This document shows, one piece after another, positions 50,640 through 63,557 of a DNA stretch of 64,000 nt. The notes beneath the pieces are model-generated. The model was not told the origin of the DNA. It ran no database searches and worked only from the letters and a program-made list of their open reading frames with translations. Source of the stretch: Octopus bimaculoides (taxonomy: Eukaryota). Location: positions 37,965,508-38,029,507 of the forward strand of contig NC_068994.1 in the NCBI RefSeq assembly GCF_001194135.2. Reading direction: 5' to 3'. A program made the position numbers and the translations under genes. Position 1 is the stretch's first letter, and every line of letters begins with the position of its first letter.

Positions 50640-50855
50640 AGGGCAGCGAGCTGGCAGAATCGTTAGCACACCGGGTGAAATGCTTAGTGGTATTTCGTCT
50701 GCCATTATATTATGAGTTCAAATTCCGCCTAAGTTGACTTTGACTTTCATCCTATCAGGGTCGATAAGTGAAGTAACAGTTACACACTGGGGTTGATGTA
50801 ATCGACTTAATCCCTTTGTCTGTCCTTGTTTTTCTACTGTAGGCTATAAAGAACT
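50640..50855 (+). mobile_element. Family B SINE, near full length
   Basis: gggcagcgagctggcagaatcgttagcac...gagttcaaattccgcc...gtaatcgacttaatccctttgtctgtccttg. Confidence 0.8.
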
Positions 50856-52233
50856 AAATATTAGACAGCCACTGCTTCTGTGTTTGTTGCAATAATATAC
50901 ATAGTTGCATACACATGTATACATTTACACACACACACACTCATATGCAATTATATGCACAAACACACAGACATATGTGTGTATGCATATGTAAGCATAT
51001 GTGTGAGTATGTGTTTGTGTGTGTGTATGTATGTATATATATATATATATATATGTATGTATATATATATGTATGTATGTATGTATGTGTTTGTCCCCCC
51101 ACCATCGCTTGATAACTGATGCTGGTGTGTTTACATCACTGTAACTTAGCAGTTTGAATCATACTAGGCTTACAACGAATAAGCCCTCAGTTCGATTTGT
51201 TTGACTAAAGATGGTGCTCCAGCATGGCTGCAGTCAAATGACTGAAACAAATAAAAGAATATATTGTTATGAACGGCCATATTTAAGACGTCCATTTACA
51301 TCCAGACATAGAGAAATGCAATATGCTGCACAAGCTGTCTTAAGAAATTTTCCTTACAGGTGATATGGAGGTAAACACACCACTTGGCTATGAATGACAT
51401 CACCAAACTATAGATGCATGCTTTTCTGATCTGTTACACTTCATCAGCTGCATATGTTAGAGTGGAAAATTGGTACATTCACTGATGTATGCACCCTACT
51501 TACCAAACCTGCTGGTTTTTCAACTGCCCACAGGATGGAAACAAAGCCTGCCAAAGGGCATATAAACTCAGGAGTGTAAACAGACAATGAATTAGATATC
51601 ATCACCCTTTAAAGTCCTTTTTAAATGCTGACTTGTGTTGGAAGGTTTGACCAAGTGCTGGGAAGCTGGAAAGCTGCGCCAGATTCCAGTCAGATTCGAC
51701 TAAGTTTCTATGACTGGATGCACTTCCTAATATCTTAGAAACTCCTAGTTGGTGCCCAGATGCACATTTGGATTACCCAGGTCGTTTGTACTATAAGCTA
51801 TGTGGAAGGCAACTAACCCAGAATTTATTAAACTCTCATAGAAAGTCCTGGGCTATGTTTATCACTGAGTCTGTGGCACACATTTGTACCAACTTGCTGC
51901 AATCAGCATTTCCAAAAGGTGTGTTTCATCCTACAAAAGCCTTCACCACTGAAAACAAATCATCTTCTGGATAACCTGATAGCTTAGTTATTGGCTGTTA
52001 GACCCTCAAACATTAAAGTAAAAAGGAGAATTTTCTACATATACAAGGAAATTAAAGGAAAGAAACAAGTTTGAAATCAAAATCATCTGGAGCTTACATA
52101 CAAAATATATTGCTGTGACCAAATTTAAACATATCAGTTGCAATTAGCGATCTCTTATATATATATAATAATGTGTGTTTGTCTGTGTGTATCTGTATGT
52201 AAATGTGTGTATATATGTAAATGTGTGTATGAA

Positions 52234-52292
<59 letters not shown>

Positions 52293-53243
52293 GTGTGCAT
52301 ATAATGACAAATACATGTTGCATCTGTTGGCTAGTAGCCCTGGGCAGCTCTGGTATTATGGTGGAAGGAGCAAAAACATTTACAGAGCTGCTTCGCCCAC
52401 TCATGAGATTCAGAGATGGAGTACAGCAGTATTCTAAACACAAAAATATTTACCCCAAGCATATTCTTTAAACTTATTCAATTTTGTTTATTGTAAAATA
52501 TTACCATTTCAACCAAAAACACAAATTCATGCAGACTGAAGAGCTGAGAACTCAGCTCTCATGACCACCAGACTATTGACCTCTTATGAGACCCAACAGG
52601 TTGTGACATCTTGAGAATTTAAAAGCCCTGTCATAATTTACATGTCTGTAAGATTTGATATCAGCTTTGGCACTGGCCAGCTGATTTCCAACATGCATTG
52701 ATATAGCTTTCTAAAATTAATCCCTTTTCCTATATATATATACAATCCTTCTAAATAAACTGACTCTGAAAAATAAATATTTGCTTATGTGTGACTATAT
52801 AAAGGAGCCTAGATTTTAACCTTGTTTATAAACCTGTTGCAAAATAGCGATATTTGAGTTTGTACTTCCACGAGATAAGAAGCCAACAGCTTTGAAAAGT
52901 AATATCGCAGTTGTCACCTGTTGAATTTCGAAAGAAATTTAAAGCTATAACATAACCTTAATGTTATTATCTTAAAGTTTATAAATTGAGATATTATAGT
53001 GCTTTAAGTACTATAGATCAGAAATGCATTTAATGAAGCATGACTTCAACCAACAGGCAAAGAAATAAGAGAGCTTAGTGCAAAAGGAGGTGAAAATGTA
53101 AGCAAAATAAGACGTAGGTCTTAGATAAACAAGATAAATATGCCTTATGTTTAATTTTGCGAGTTATCCGATTTTATGAAATATTTTATCTATCAATATA
53201 AATAAATATACTTATATACTATCCTCCCACCCAAACATATATA

Positions 53244-54488
53244 CGAGGTGGTATCAAAAAGTTCCTGAACTATTTCTAGTGCGCCAACAGATGGCAGCAC
53301 ACGGGTGCGTGAGCAGTGACCTTCGTGAAGCAGTGTGCTGAGTGACTTGTGTTTTTGCGATCACGTGTATGTTGTAGTCTGTAATTTTGTCGTGGACAGG
53401 AAGGTGGAACAAAGAGCCAATGTGAAGTTTTATGTTAAACTTAAGAAGTCTTTTACAGAGACATTGAGCATGCTTCGGCAAGCTTACAGCGATGAGGCAT
53501 TGGGTCATACACAATGTTTTGAGTGACATGGGTGCTTCAAAAGTGCAAGAACATCCCTGGATGATGATCAGCAATCTGGAAGACCTGCCATGAGCATCAC
53601 CTCCAGGAATCTGGAGAGAATTCATCAGCTTGTACATGATGATCGCTGGAGAACAATTAATGATGTTATTGGTCTGTTGTATGGGTCTGTGTAGGTAATT
53701 CTAACGTCTGAATTGAACATGCAGTGAGTCTTTGTCCCGTTTGTTCCCTGCCCGCTGACCACTGAGCAGAAAGAACATTGCATCAGCATCTGTCAAGATC
53801 TCCATCAGCATGCCACTGATGACCCATCCTTCATGGTGAGGATAATCACTGGTGATGAGAGTTGGTTCTACATGTATGACCCTGATACGAAGCAGCAGTC
53901 ATCATAGGGGAAGAGACCTTCATCTCCATGACTGAAGAGGGCATGTCAGTGCAGTAGCACAATCAAGAGCATGCTTATCATTTATTTTGACATTCATAAT
54001 ATTGTTCATTGAGAATTCGTCCTCCAGGGCCAGATCTTCAACCAAGAGTTCTACTGCAACGTTTTGAAGTGTTTGAGGGAGGACATCCGGCAAAGGAGGC
54101 TGGATCTGTGGAACACGAAGAATTGGATTCTTCGTGACGACAATGCACTCTGTCATTGAGCTCTCCTTACTCGTGAGTTTCTGACCAAAAAGAAACATGT
54201 TATCGCTTCCTCACCTGCCCTTTTCATCAGATTTAGTACCTGTGGACTTCCATCACTTCTTCAAAATGAAAGGGCAGCTTAAAGGTCACCGTTTTAACAG
54301 CACTGTCGAGATCAAGAGTAAATCGCAGAAGGACCTGGACTCACTTAAGGAAAATGACTTTCAGGCCAGATTCCAAAAATGGCAGGGACGCTGGGACCAG
54401 TGTATTGTTGTGCAGATGACGTTAAAACTTAGGTAAATGAATTATTTTTTATTATACATAACAAGTCTGGGAACATTTTGATACCACG
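53244..54488 (+). mobile_element. Full-length mariner (DD34D-type) element, transposase pseudogenised
   Basis: TA-flanked TIRs CGAGGTGGTATCAAAAAGTTCC / CG-TGGTATCAAAATGTTCC; DRKVEQRANVKFYVKL, GRP, FVPCPL (WVPHEL equivalent), ITGDESW, DDNA and FSSDLVPVD, with many stops and a frameshift. Confidence 0.92.
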
Positions 54489-54499
54489 TATGTGTATAA

Positions 54500-54540
<41 letters not shown>

Positions 54541-54710
54541 CTCACACACACATATATACATGTACACATATACACACATGCATGTGTATATGTATGTTTG
54601 CATGTGTGTGTGTATATGTATAACTGTTAATTCGGACACATTTTTCTCTCCATTTTTTTTTCTCTCTCTGTCCATGTCTTTTCTCTCTTTCTCCATTTTT
54701 TCCTCTCATC

Positions 54711-54748
54711 TCTTTCTGTAGAAGAGCATTGGCTCGAAACATCAAAGA
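54711..54748 (+). ncRNA. Minimal hammerhead-like motif, probably inactive, inside a repeat at about 54615-54845
   Basis: TCTTT/AAAGA stem I; CTGTAGA (A6>T) plus an extra A; GAGC-ATTG-GCTC; GAAAC; ATC (from GTC). Confidence 0.5.
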
Positions 54749-55143
54749 CTTTTCTATTCTTTCCGAGGATTAAACTAATACACCTGCTTGTTGTCCCATC
54801 ACCTGTCTTTGTCTTTTGTTTTCTGTACATTTGCACTAAATACACACATACACACACTCACACACACACACACTCACACACATGCACGCATGCACATACA
54901 CACATAATCAATTTAACTACTAGCTATGAATATAAAAACTACATCCCTCTACCAAGTTATGCTGAGTCAGTGTGACAGAGTAGGCTCATCAAAGCAGTAT
55001 GGTCTCAAGCTCAAATTCACAGCTTCTACGTCAGACTGTGGTTGAGGAAGAAAACATGCTGAAGCTCTTGTCCTGCATTGGACTGAACATGAGTGAATGA
55101 ATCCAATCCAATTCAATCTGATATACACATAATTACTTATATA

Positions 55144-55934
55144 TAGGGTGGGTGGAAAGAAACTAGGCATTAGAAATTGCTTAAAGAATTCTTAGTATCA
55201 CTGAAGTCGTGACGGAAACATTTTTTAAACGGACAACGCTAATGGAGATTTTTTATTCTCTTATTGCCTTATTTCTTATTTCCCCGATTGCCAGTTGCTT
55301 GATTGTTCAGGAGTGAACTAAAATAACAGCACACTATGAAGTGTGGAATTCCATTGTTTTGGTTCAGAGATGGTGGTGTACATGGAAAGGTAAGCATGCA
55401 ACACTACATCCAGAGACAATAAGAAGTTGTCATGCAAAGCTGATGACCACGGGCTCTGTGAACAATGCAAGAAGAGGTGGCCATCCAACCACATCCTGAT
55501 CAGCAGAGAACATAGCAACAGAGCAGGAAATGTTTAATCACAGCCCGCAAAAATCAACATATCAAGCATATCATGAAAGTGGACTAACAAGACACACAAT
55601 ACATACTGTGTTGCATAAAGAATTGAATTTTCATCCGTGGAAACCCCATTACATGCAGAAGCTAAACGCTGAAGACTGTGAACACAGAATGGAAGACAAA
55701 ACCTTGCACACTGGAGGACTTGGAGACATGGATTCAGAAGGTTCTCAATGATATCCCAGACAACATCCTTCATCCCTGGCCGTTTGAGGAAACTGGTTGA
55801 TGCCACCGGTGCTGAAGTTTACATATGAAGATTTACTTTCATTTTTTTATGTATCATTTGTTTCAATAAATTTGTAAAAGAAATATGGATTTTATTACCA
55901 ATTCTTAATGCTTACTTGCTTTTCACCCTCCCTG
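55144..55934 (+). mobile_element. Internally deleted DUF4817-type Tc1/mariner-superfamily element
   Basis: TA-flanked imperfect TIRs of about 35 bp (TAGGGTGGGTGGAAAG / CAGGGAGGGTGAAAAG). HTH remnant ...VLHKELNFHPWKPHYMQKL joins directly to a C-terminal KPCTLEDLETWIQ. Confidence 0.8.
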
Positions 55935-56032
55935 TATATCAGCAGTAGCATTGTTTAAAAGCCATGTTCCATGCTTTGTATATTTATATATTTAATTTTA
56001 CACAATGTATTATATAAACTTAAATACATGCA

Positions 56033-56071
<39 letters not shown>

Positions 56072-56272
56072 NNNNNNNNNNNNNNNNNNNNNNNNNNNNN
56101 NNNNNNNNNNNNNNNNNNNNNNNNNNNNNNNNNNNNNNNNNNNNNNNNNNNNNNNNNNNNNNNNNNNNNNNNNNNNNNNNNNNNNNNNNNNNNNNNNNNN
56201 NNNNNNNNNNNNNNNNNNNNNNNNNNNNNNNNNNNNNNNNNNNNNNNNNNNNNNNNNNNNNNNNNNNNNNNN

Positions 56273-56315
<43 letters not shown>

Positions 56316-56964
56316 GTAAATGTGTGTGTGTGTGTGTGTGTGCTCTCATGCTAACATGATGTGCATTATAATGAGGGAATAAGCATCAAGTCATGAAAAA
56401 TAGGAAGCTAAGTTATATATGAAAATAAACAGGCATACTAACACATACATACACTCACACACAAACACATTGCATCTCGCTCTCACCAATTCATTGGTCA
56501 ACAACTGGTAACTATGGTCGTATATATTTTTATGTGCACATGGATGTGGGTATGTATGTGCATCTGAATGCTTGATGGGGATTTTCTTTCTGCTTCCTTC
56601 CTTCCTTCTAGTCTGACCTGATATGTATATGTATGTATGTGTGTGTGTGTGTGTGTATATATAATTATTAACTTTTCTACCTGACTCCCATGTTTCTCTC
56701 CACTGATTCTGTCAAAGCTGGCTGGAGTATTCACCCAGTCATGTCTTCTCTTTTAGAGTTTTCTCTATCCATTATCACGGCAGGGAGTTCCTCTCTACCC
56801 CACCAGTCGTTTCTCTCATAAGAACTTACCATGCATGAGGAAACTCCAGAGTAACAGACCATTGAACCATTGATCCAGTCTCAAACTATGCATGCATGTA
56901 TCATGTATGTATGTGCATATATATATAATGTGCGTGTGTGTGTGTCTCTTTCTCTCTCTCTCTC

Positions 56965-57025
<61 letters not shown>

Positions 57026-58779
57026 ACACACACCTTATATTCCCTACAGATATAATAACTTTTTGTTGAGAACAGACATTCCTAAGCATACATGCATGCA
57101 TGCATACATACATACATACATACATACATACACACACACATACATACATACATACATACATACATATTTGCTTCTGTGCTTCCATTAGCAGTTGAAGTAG
57201 AAAAATTCATAATAGATTTTTAAAAATTTGATTTTATATACACTTGCAAACATTTATGCTTCAAATGCAGTTTCTCACAATTAACTATTTTACATTAAAA
57301 CGCTCCATTCGCAGAGATTAGCTGTATATATTATAATAAGAGCTCTGTTTCCCTGTCTCTGAAATCCGTCTGACTTTTCACTATATGCTCTCCTCAGATT
57401 AAAATGATTTTCAAGTAACATATTTGGAGATCCAATATAAAATAAAGTTTATTCAATTTATTCATTGGATTCATATATGCAAGATAAGAAACAAACAAGG
57501 TTTGTATTTTATTTTTGGTCGCATGTCACTTTTTATTTCACATGCCAATAAAATTTTAAAATGGTTACTAATACTTGTTTCAAAATAACAACAAACTGGA
57601 CATAGAGACAAGAATTAGAAAGAAAAATCATAAATATTATCATTAGGTATACTAAAAATTTCAGTCAGTAATATAGTGAATCCTGCGATAAATCTTTTAT
57701 GATATTGATTGCAGCTTCTTCAACAACTTTTAACTATTTATTTTTGAGGTATGTAATCTGTTTTACAAAGAACTTCAGTCAATAAAACAGTCAATTCTGC
57801 TGTTTATAAGGTAAATTACTTGTTGACATAAGCAATTTTCAGCTTAAATATAAGAAAAAAAAACATCGTGTAAATATTCCTAGTGGTGAATAAAAATAAT
57901 TCATCCAAGCCTCTTTGTTTATGTTTTAGAACATCTTGACTAAAATATTTTACTGAACAACTATGTTTGTATTTTCTTTTTCAACTTGTTTCAGTCATTG
58001 GACTGCAGCTCAGCTGGGATAGAAGAAGAAAAACTTATTAAGAACAAAAATCAGTTTGACATTCCTTATTTGCCTAAAATACTACAAAAATATTCTCAAA
58101 TCTAAGTTTTGTGACTATTCAATCTGTTAAAAATAGCAGCCTAGTCTCCTTTAAATCAGTCAGGAATTTTGTTTATGAAGGAGTTTTCTATGTAAATGTA
58201 AATATTGTATAATATATATATATACTGAGTTTGCAGAATACGAAATAAAATACTTTTAAAATAAATAATTTTAGTTATTTAGGTTAAAAGATTATTTATC
58301 AAGTCTTTACTGACAAAAACTACCCAAATTTCAGTAAAATTACTGAATCAAAATGACTTAATCGAAAGTAACTTTACTGAAAATGAAAATAGAGGTACAT
58401 TTGATAACTTTCTAATTCGTTCAAAAAATTTTCATATTTAAACTGATTATATTTTATATTAAAGATAGTATTTTAAATGGACAAATAGTTTAAATTTATA
58501 ATTTTGCCATCTTGTCATCAGCAAAGCAACAGGTAATCAGACTAGCAGAAAGAAAAGTTTTCCTCAAATACAGAAAGGGGTTATAATGTTGAATAAGTTT
58601 TCCAAAGTAAAGAATCTTTTGTGACTAAGGATTTGATCTGGACAAACATTTTGTAGTGGGACTATATTATAAGATTTGAAACAGTTAAAATTAGCAATTG
58701 CCATGAGTAGAGCACTTTAATGCAAAAGTTTTGCATGTAGAGAGACTGTAAGTGTGTGTGTGTACTATATATATATATG

Positions 58780-59204
58780 CAGTGCTGGATTAACCATTAA
58801 GCAAAATAAGCAGGTGCTTAGGGCATTGAGGGAAGGGATGAGGACCGCAGGAATGATAAATGGTTCACAGCACAAAATAAATCACTTTAAACTTGCTAGA
58901 ATTATATTTGAGATGCCTTTATCTCTACTAAGTATAGATGCGGTTGTGTTACTTAGATTAACTTTGAGTATCTGATAAAAGACTTTCTATTTCAAAAAAG
59001 TAGGAGGAAACTTTTCAAATATAAATAAAATGGAAATATACAAAAATAAACATTATTTTCCCTCTTACTGTTTTGTTTCGTTTTGAAAAATGAAAACTTA
59101 TTTTATGGTTTGTTATTGTTTATAATTTGAATTACATAATCTTTTATGAGGGCAACAAAATCTTTTAAGTGCTTATGACTTTGATGGGTCTTAATCTGAC
59201 TCTG
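58780..59204. mobile_element. hAT-like MITE
   Basis: Ends CAGTGCTGGATTAA / CAGAGTCAGATTAA (10/14, consistent with CpG decay of CAGGGCCGGATTAA); TATATG on both flanks. Confidence 0.45.
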
Positions 59205-59465
59205 TATATGCGATCAGAATACTATAACTCTGATGAAGATAGCATTAGTTCTTTAAGATTGTTTAATATTTCTCAACCGATCATTGGACTGATAGAGTAA
59301 ACCACTCCATAAACAAACTTATAATGACTACTGGAAACAGTTGTAAGTCAAATTTACTACAATAAAGAAATACGTAATAACAATTATTTATACCATGTCT
59401 TACATATACATATATGCCTATATACATACATACCTACATATACACATATACACACACACACACAC

Positions 59466-59514
<49 letters not shown>

Positions 59515-59809
59515 NNNNNNNNNNNNNNNNNNNNNNNNNNNNNNNNNNNNNNNNNNNNNNNNNNNNNNNNNNNNNNNNNNNNNNNNNNNNNNNNNNNNNN
59601 NNNNNNNNNNNNNNNNNNNNNNNNNNNNNNNNNNNNNNNNNNNNNNNNNNNNNNNNNNNNNNNNNNNNNNNNNNNNNNNNNNNNNNNNNNNNNNNNNNNN
59701 NNNNNNNNNNNNNNNNNNNNNNNNNNNNNNNNNNNNNNNNNNNNNNNNNNNNNNNNNNNNNNNNNNNNNNNNNNNNNNNNNNNNNNNNNNNNNNNNNNNN
59801 NNNNNNNNN

Positions 59810-59856
<47 letters not shown>

Positions 59857-59880
59857 GAGAGAGAGAGAGAGAGAGAGACT

Positions 59881-60262
59881 GTGGCCATGCTGGTGACCTA
59901 GCACAAAGTATTTTTAGTTGAAAATATTGATCCCAGTGCATAATTTTGAAGTATGGTACTTATTCTATTGTTCTCTTTTGCTGAACCACCAAGTTATTGA
60001 GATGTAAACACACCAGCACTGGTTGTCAAGTGGTGGTGGTGGAGGGGGGAGGCAAATACCAACACAAAGACATTCACACATAGATATACATACATATATA
60101 TGACAGGCTTCTTTCAGTTTCCATCAACCAACTCCACACACAGGGCTTTGGTAGGCCCAAGAGAATAGTAGAAGATACTTGCTCAGGGAACTATACAGTG
60201 GAACTGCACCCAGAACCATGTGGTTGGGAAGCAAACTTTTTACCATATATCCGTGCCTGCAC
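59881..60262 (-). mobile_element. Family A SINE
   Basis: Tail gactgtggccatgctgg... and head ...gggaagcaaactttttaccatatatccgtgcc in reverse orientation. Confidence 0.75.
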
Positions 60263-61050
60263 CTATATATGATTATACATATGTTTATATGTATATATGT
60301 ATGTAATATGTAAATATATATACACACACATATATACATGAATATCTTTCCTTGATATGTATAAATATATGTGTAGTGTTAAGAAACACATACATACAGA
60401 AGTGTAGTAGAGATGATAAAATGCTTTCAGTCACAACTGAAACACATATCCTAATATACAAATCAAATGCATGGCAGACCACTACCTTACATCATTGCAT
60501 TAAGAAGCTGAAACCTTATATTTTCCATACATTTATCTGTAGATTCTTATTCACCACTATCCCCTATGTTGTGAGTCACTTGAAATAATCTTAAAGTCTT
60601 GCAGAAAATATGGATAAGGAAGTATAGAAAGTCCATAAAACAAAAACAATTACTTGAGACTTCGTTGTAAATTTGGGGTAGAGCTAAAGTCTTCAACACT
60701 AGTTTAGAGAATAAATATATATTTACAGAATAAATACAGCATAAAAGAATTGAGTAACTATATCCTCTGTGTGTTTTACAAGTGGGATTTAATGTCTGAA
60801 CACATATATTTTAAATGCCAGTTCTGAATTTTTCCTCTTCAGTTTTGTCATTGGATCAAGGCCCTGGTTTTTATCTTGATATACAAGTGATGGCAGGTAT
60901 TATGCAACAATTTATCATGATCATGATGAATTATTACACAAAAGGCATCCAATGTGGATTCCTTGTGTGATATATGGAGATCGTATTCAATGTTTTGCAT
61001 CTCTGTGTGTGTAACACACACAAATTCATATATACACATAAATACACAAA

Positions 61051-61088
<38 letters not shown>

Positions 61089-61263
61089 NNNNNNNNNNNN
61101 NNNNNNNNNNNNNNNNNNNNNNNNNNNNNNNNNNNNNNNNNNNNNNNNNNNNNNNNNNNNNNNNNNNNNNNNNNNNNNNNNNNNNNNNNNNNNNNNNNNN
61201 NNNNNNNNNNNNNNNNNNNNNNNNNNNNNNNNNNNNNNNNNNNNNNNNNNNNNNNNNNNNTAG

Positions 61264-61297
<34 letters not shown>

Positions 61298-61377
61298 GCA
61301 TATAAATATACAAGTTATGGTGAATAAACTGTTGTTTAAATTACGCAAAAATGACAATAACACTGACATTTCATTTT

Positions 61378-62085
61378 AGCAGATATATTTACCAAAATTA
61401 CATAAAAATATCTCGAAATACTAAAGAGTAAATTTATTCAATAAAATCGCCATTGGCTTCAACCATGGTCACCAGACGACTTTGGAATCTCCTGCAACTC
61501 TTCTAGACAGTCTCGTTGTTTAAATTGGTGATTGCAGCCATAATCCTTGCCTTCAGTTCCTCTTTGGTGCCATAATGAGATTTGTTGATCTCTTGCTCAA
61601 CTGCACCCCACACTTAAATAATCAAGGGAGTTGCAGTCTGGGGAGTTAGGTGGCCAGATGTTAGGGGTGCTGTGGTCACAGAAATTGTCTTACAGCTTGT
61701 GTGACATGGTGCAGAGTCCTGTTGCCAAACTTAGGGTCTTCCAGTAGCCACCCTCTTGACCCAGGGCATTACCTCTTCTGGGTACTTGATGTAGGCCTCA
61801 CTGCTGAGTCTCATACCGTGTGGAAAGATGAATGGAGGCATAATGTCACCATCACATGAGATCACCCCAAACACCATGATGTCAACTGGCTGTTTGATTT
61901 TTATCACTTTCAATACATGTCCTCAGATTGCACTGTCCTCAAATTGACACCCAAACACACTGAAATGTTCATATTGGAGTTTCCAGCATGAATGCCAAGA
62001 AGTACAGCATATCATTTCCAAATTTTTGGCAGAGTGGATTATATCATGGTGCTGTTTTTCTCACAGACATTGCCCAACTGACCCT
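61378..62085 (-). mobile_element. maT/DD37D-type transposon remnant, internally deleted
   Basis: N-terminal ISVCLGVNLRTVQ is fused to IMVFGVISCDGDIMPPFIF...WQQDSAPCH...WPPNSPDCN...MVEANGDFIE* (stop 61434-61436). Confidence 0.8.
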
Positions 62086-62089
62086 ACTA

Positions 62090-62660
62090 TACTATGTCTT
62101 CAGCAGTCACAGCCCATGTTTCACTGTCATGTAGCATGGCAGTTCGCACATATGCATCATACAATCTACCTTTCACTCTGAGCGAGAGGCCCTTTGTCAC
62201 CAGTAGAGGTAGGAGCTTTCTGAACTTTGCCCTGGCTATTCTCATTCTAGTGGCAACGCTCTCTGAGCATCCACTCCCACTACAGACTTGGTTACCTAGG
62301 TAGCAGAAGCTATCAACTACTTCTAGTTTCTCCCCCTGGCATGTGATGGAATTAGTTTTCTGAGCATCTGTGGTGTTTATTCCCCCTGTGATTCCTGCTG
62401 CACACAAAAGCTATCTTCCTGGTTAACCTTCCTTTGATGTTGCTGCACCTCTTATGCATCCATAGCTTACACTGGGTACATCTTGTGGAGTTTCTACCTA
62501 CACCTTTTCTACAGATCAAGCAGGGCCATCTACCTGAAGGGGATTGTGATGTGTTCACCTTCCTACTTACTAGGACTTTGGTTTTTGAAACATTGACTCT
62601 AAGGCCCTTTGATTCTAAACCTTGCTTCCACGCCTGAAATTTCTTCTCTAGTTCTTCCAC
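62090..62660 (-). mobile_element. RTE-clade LINE internal fragment (end of RT, Cys/His finger, thumb)
   Basis: GLESKGLRVNVSKTKVLV, WPCLICRKGVGRNSTRCTQCKLWMHKRC, EVVDSFCYLG and AMLHDSETWA. Confidence 0.85.
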
Positions 62661-63550
62661 TCTAGAGCAGTGGAAGAATGTTATTTTCTCGAACGAGTCA
62701 TCCTTTACCTTATTTCTAACCACCGGCTGAGTATACATGTGGAGACAGCCAAAAGAAGCATTTGAACCAGACTGCCTTCTTCCAATTACGGAGGAGGAGG
62801 ATCTGTGATGATCGTTGGTGGGGATGTATCTTGGAAATCCGCTGGTCCAATGGTTTCCCTTCATATTTCTTTATTTCTTTATGCCCACAAGGGGCTACAC
62901 ACAGAGGGGACAAACAAGGACAGACAAAGGGATTAAGTCGATTACATCGACCCCAGTGCGTAACTGGTACTTAATTTATCGACCCTGAAAGGATGAAAAG
63001 CAAAGGCGACCTTGGTGGAATTTGAACTCAGAACGTAATGGCAGACAAAATACCGCTAAGCATTTCACCCAGTGTGCTAACGTTTCTGCCAGCTCACTGC
63101 CTTAATGGTTTACCTTCATGGCAGAATTAATAGCCAAGACTGTTTAAGCATTTTATTTGATCAAATCCATCCTATGGTTGCAGAACCGTTTCTGGAGAGA
63201 AACGCAATCTTTCAGGATGATGATGCACCAATTCACACAGTTTAAGTTGTTACTGAATGGCACAAGGAACATCTTATCTGGCCACCACATTCCACAGACA
63301 GATCTCAATATTACTGAACATTTATGGTGCATTTTAAAAAACAAGTAAGGAGTTGATATCCTCCATCATCATCACTACAAGAACTGGAGGCTATTTTAGC
63401 TGAAGAATGGACAAAAATTCCTTTGGAAATAATTCAAACTCTGTATAAGTTCATACCTTGTAGAATTCAAGTTGTAATTACTGCCAAAGGCAGTCTTACC
63501 CCATATTAAAATTAATTTGTTTGAAATATTAAGGTGTTTCCATTATTTTG
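62661..63550 (+). mobile_element. Tc1 (DD34E-type) transposon 3' portion, split by a SINE
   Basis: EQWKNVIFSNESSF, GGGSVMI, FQDDDAPIH, DLNITEHLW and ...VITAKGSLTPY*, then the start of a TIR, ggtgtttccattattttg. Confidence 0.85.
62865..63103 (-). mobile_element. Full-length family B SINE with a 16-bp target-site duplication
   Basis: TSD AATGGTTT(C/A)CCTTCAT at 62849-62864 and 63104-63119; (AAAGAAAT)-type tail. Confidence 0.9.
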
Positions 63551-63557
63551 TTGTATC

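Noticed and set aside
51714-51974. Plus-strand 87-codon open frame (ETPSWCPDAHLDYPG...)
   Set aside because: It starts within a SINE tail, has no homology I recognise, and has only weak splice signals.
52535-52562. CTGAAGA followed by the hairpin GAGCTGA-GAAC-TCAGCTC
   Set aside because: A real small hairpin, but no GAAA or cleavage triplet follows, so it is not a hammerhead.
6126-61379. Numerous long ORFs rich in HT, CV, YI, poly-N/I/L or X
   Set aside because: These are translations of microsatellites and N gaps, not genes.
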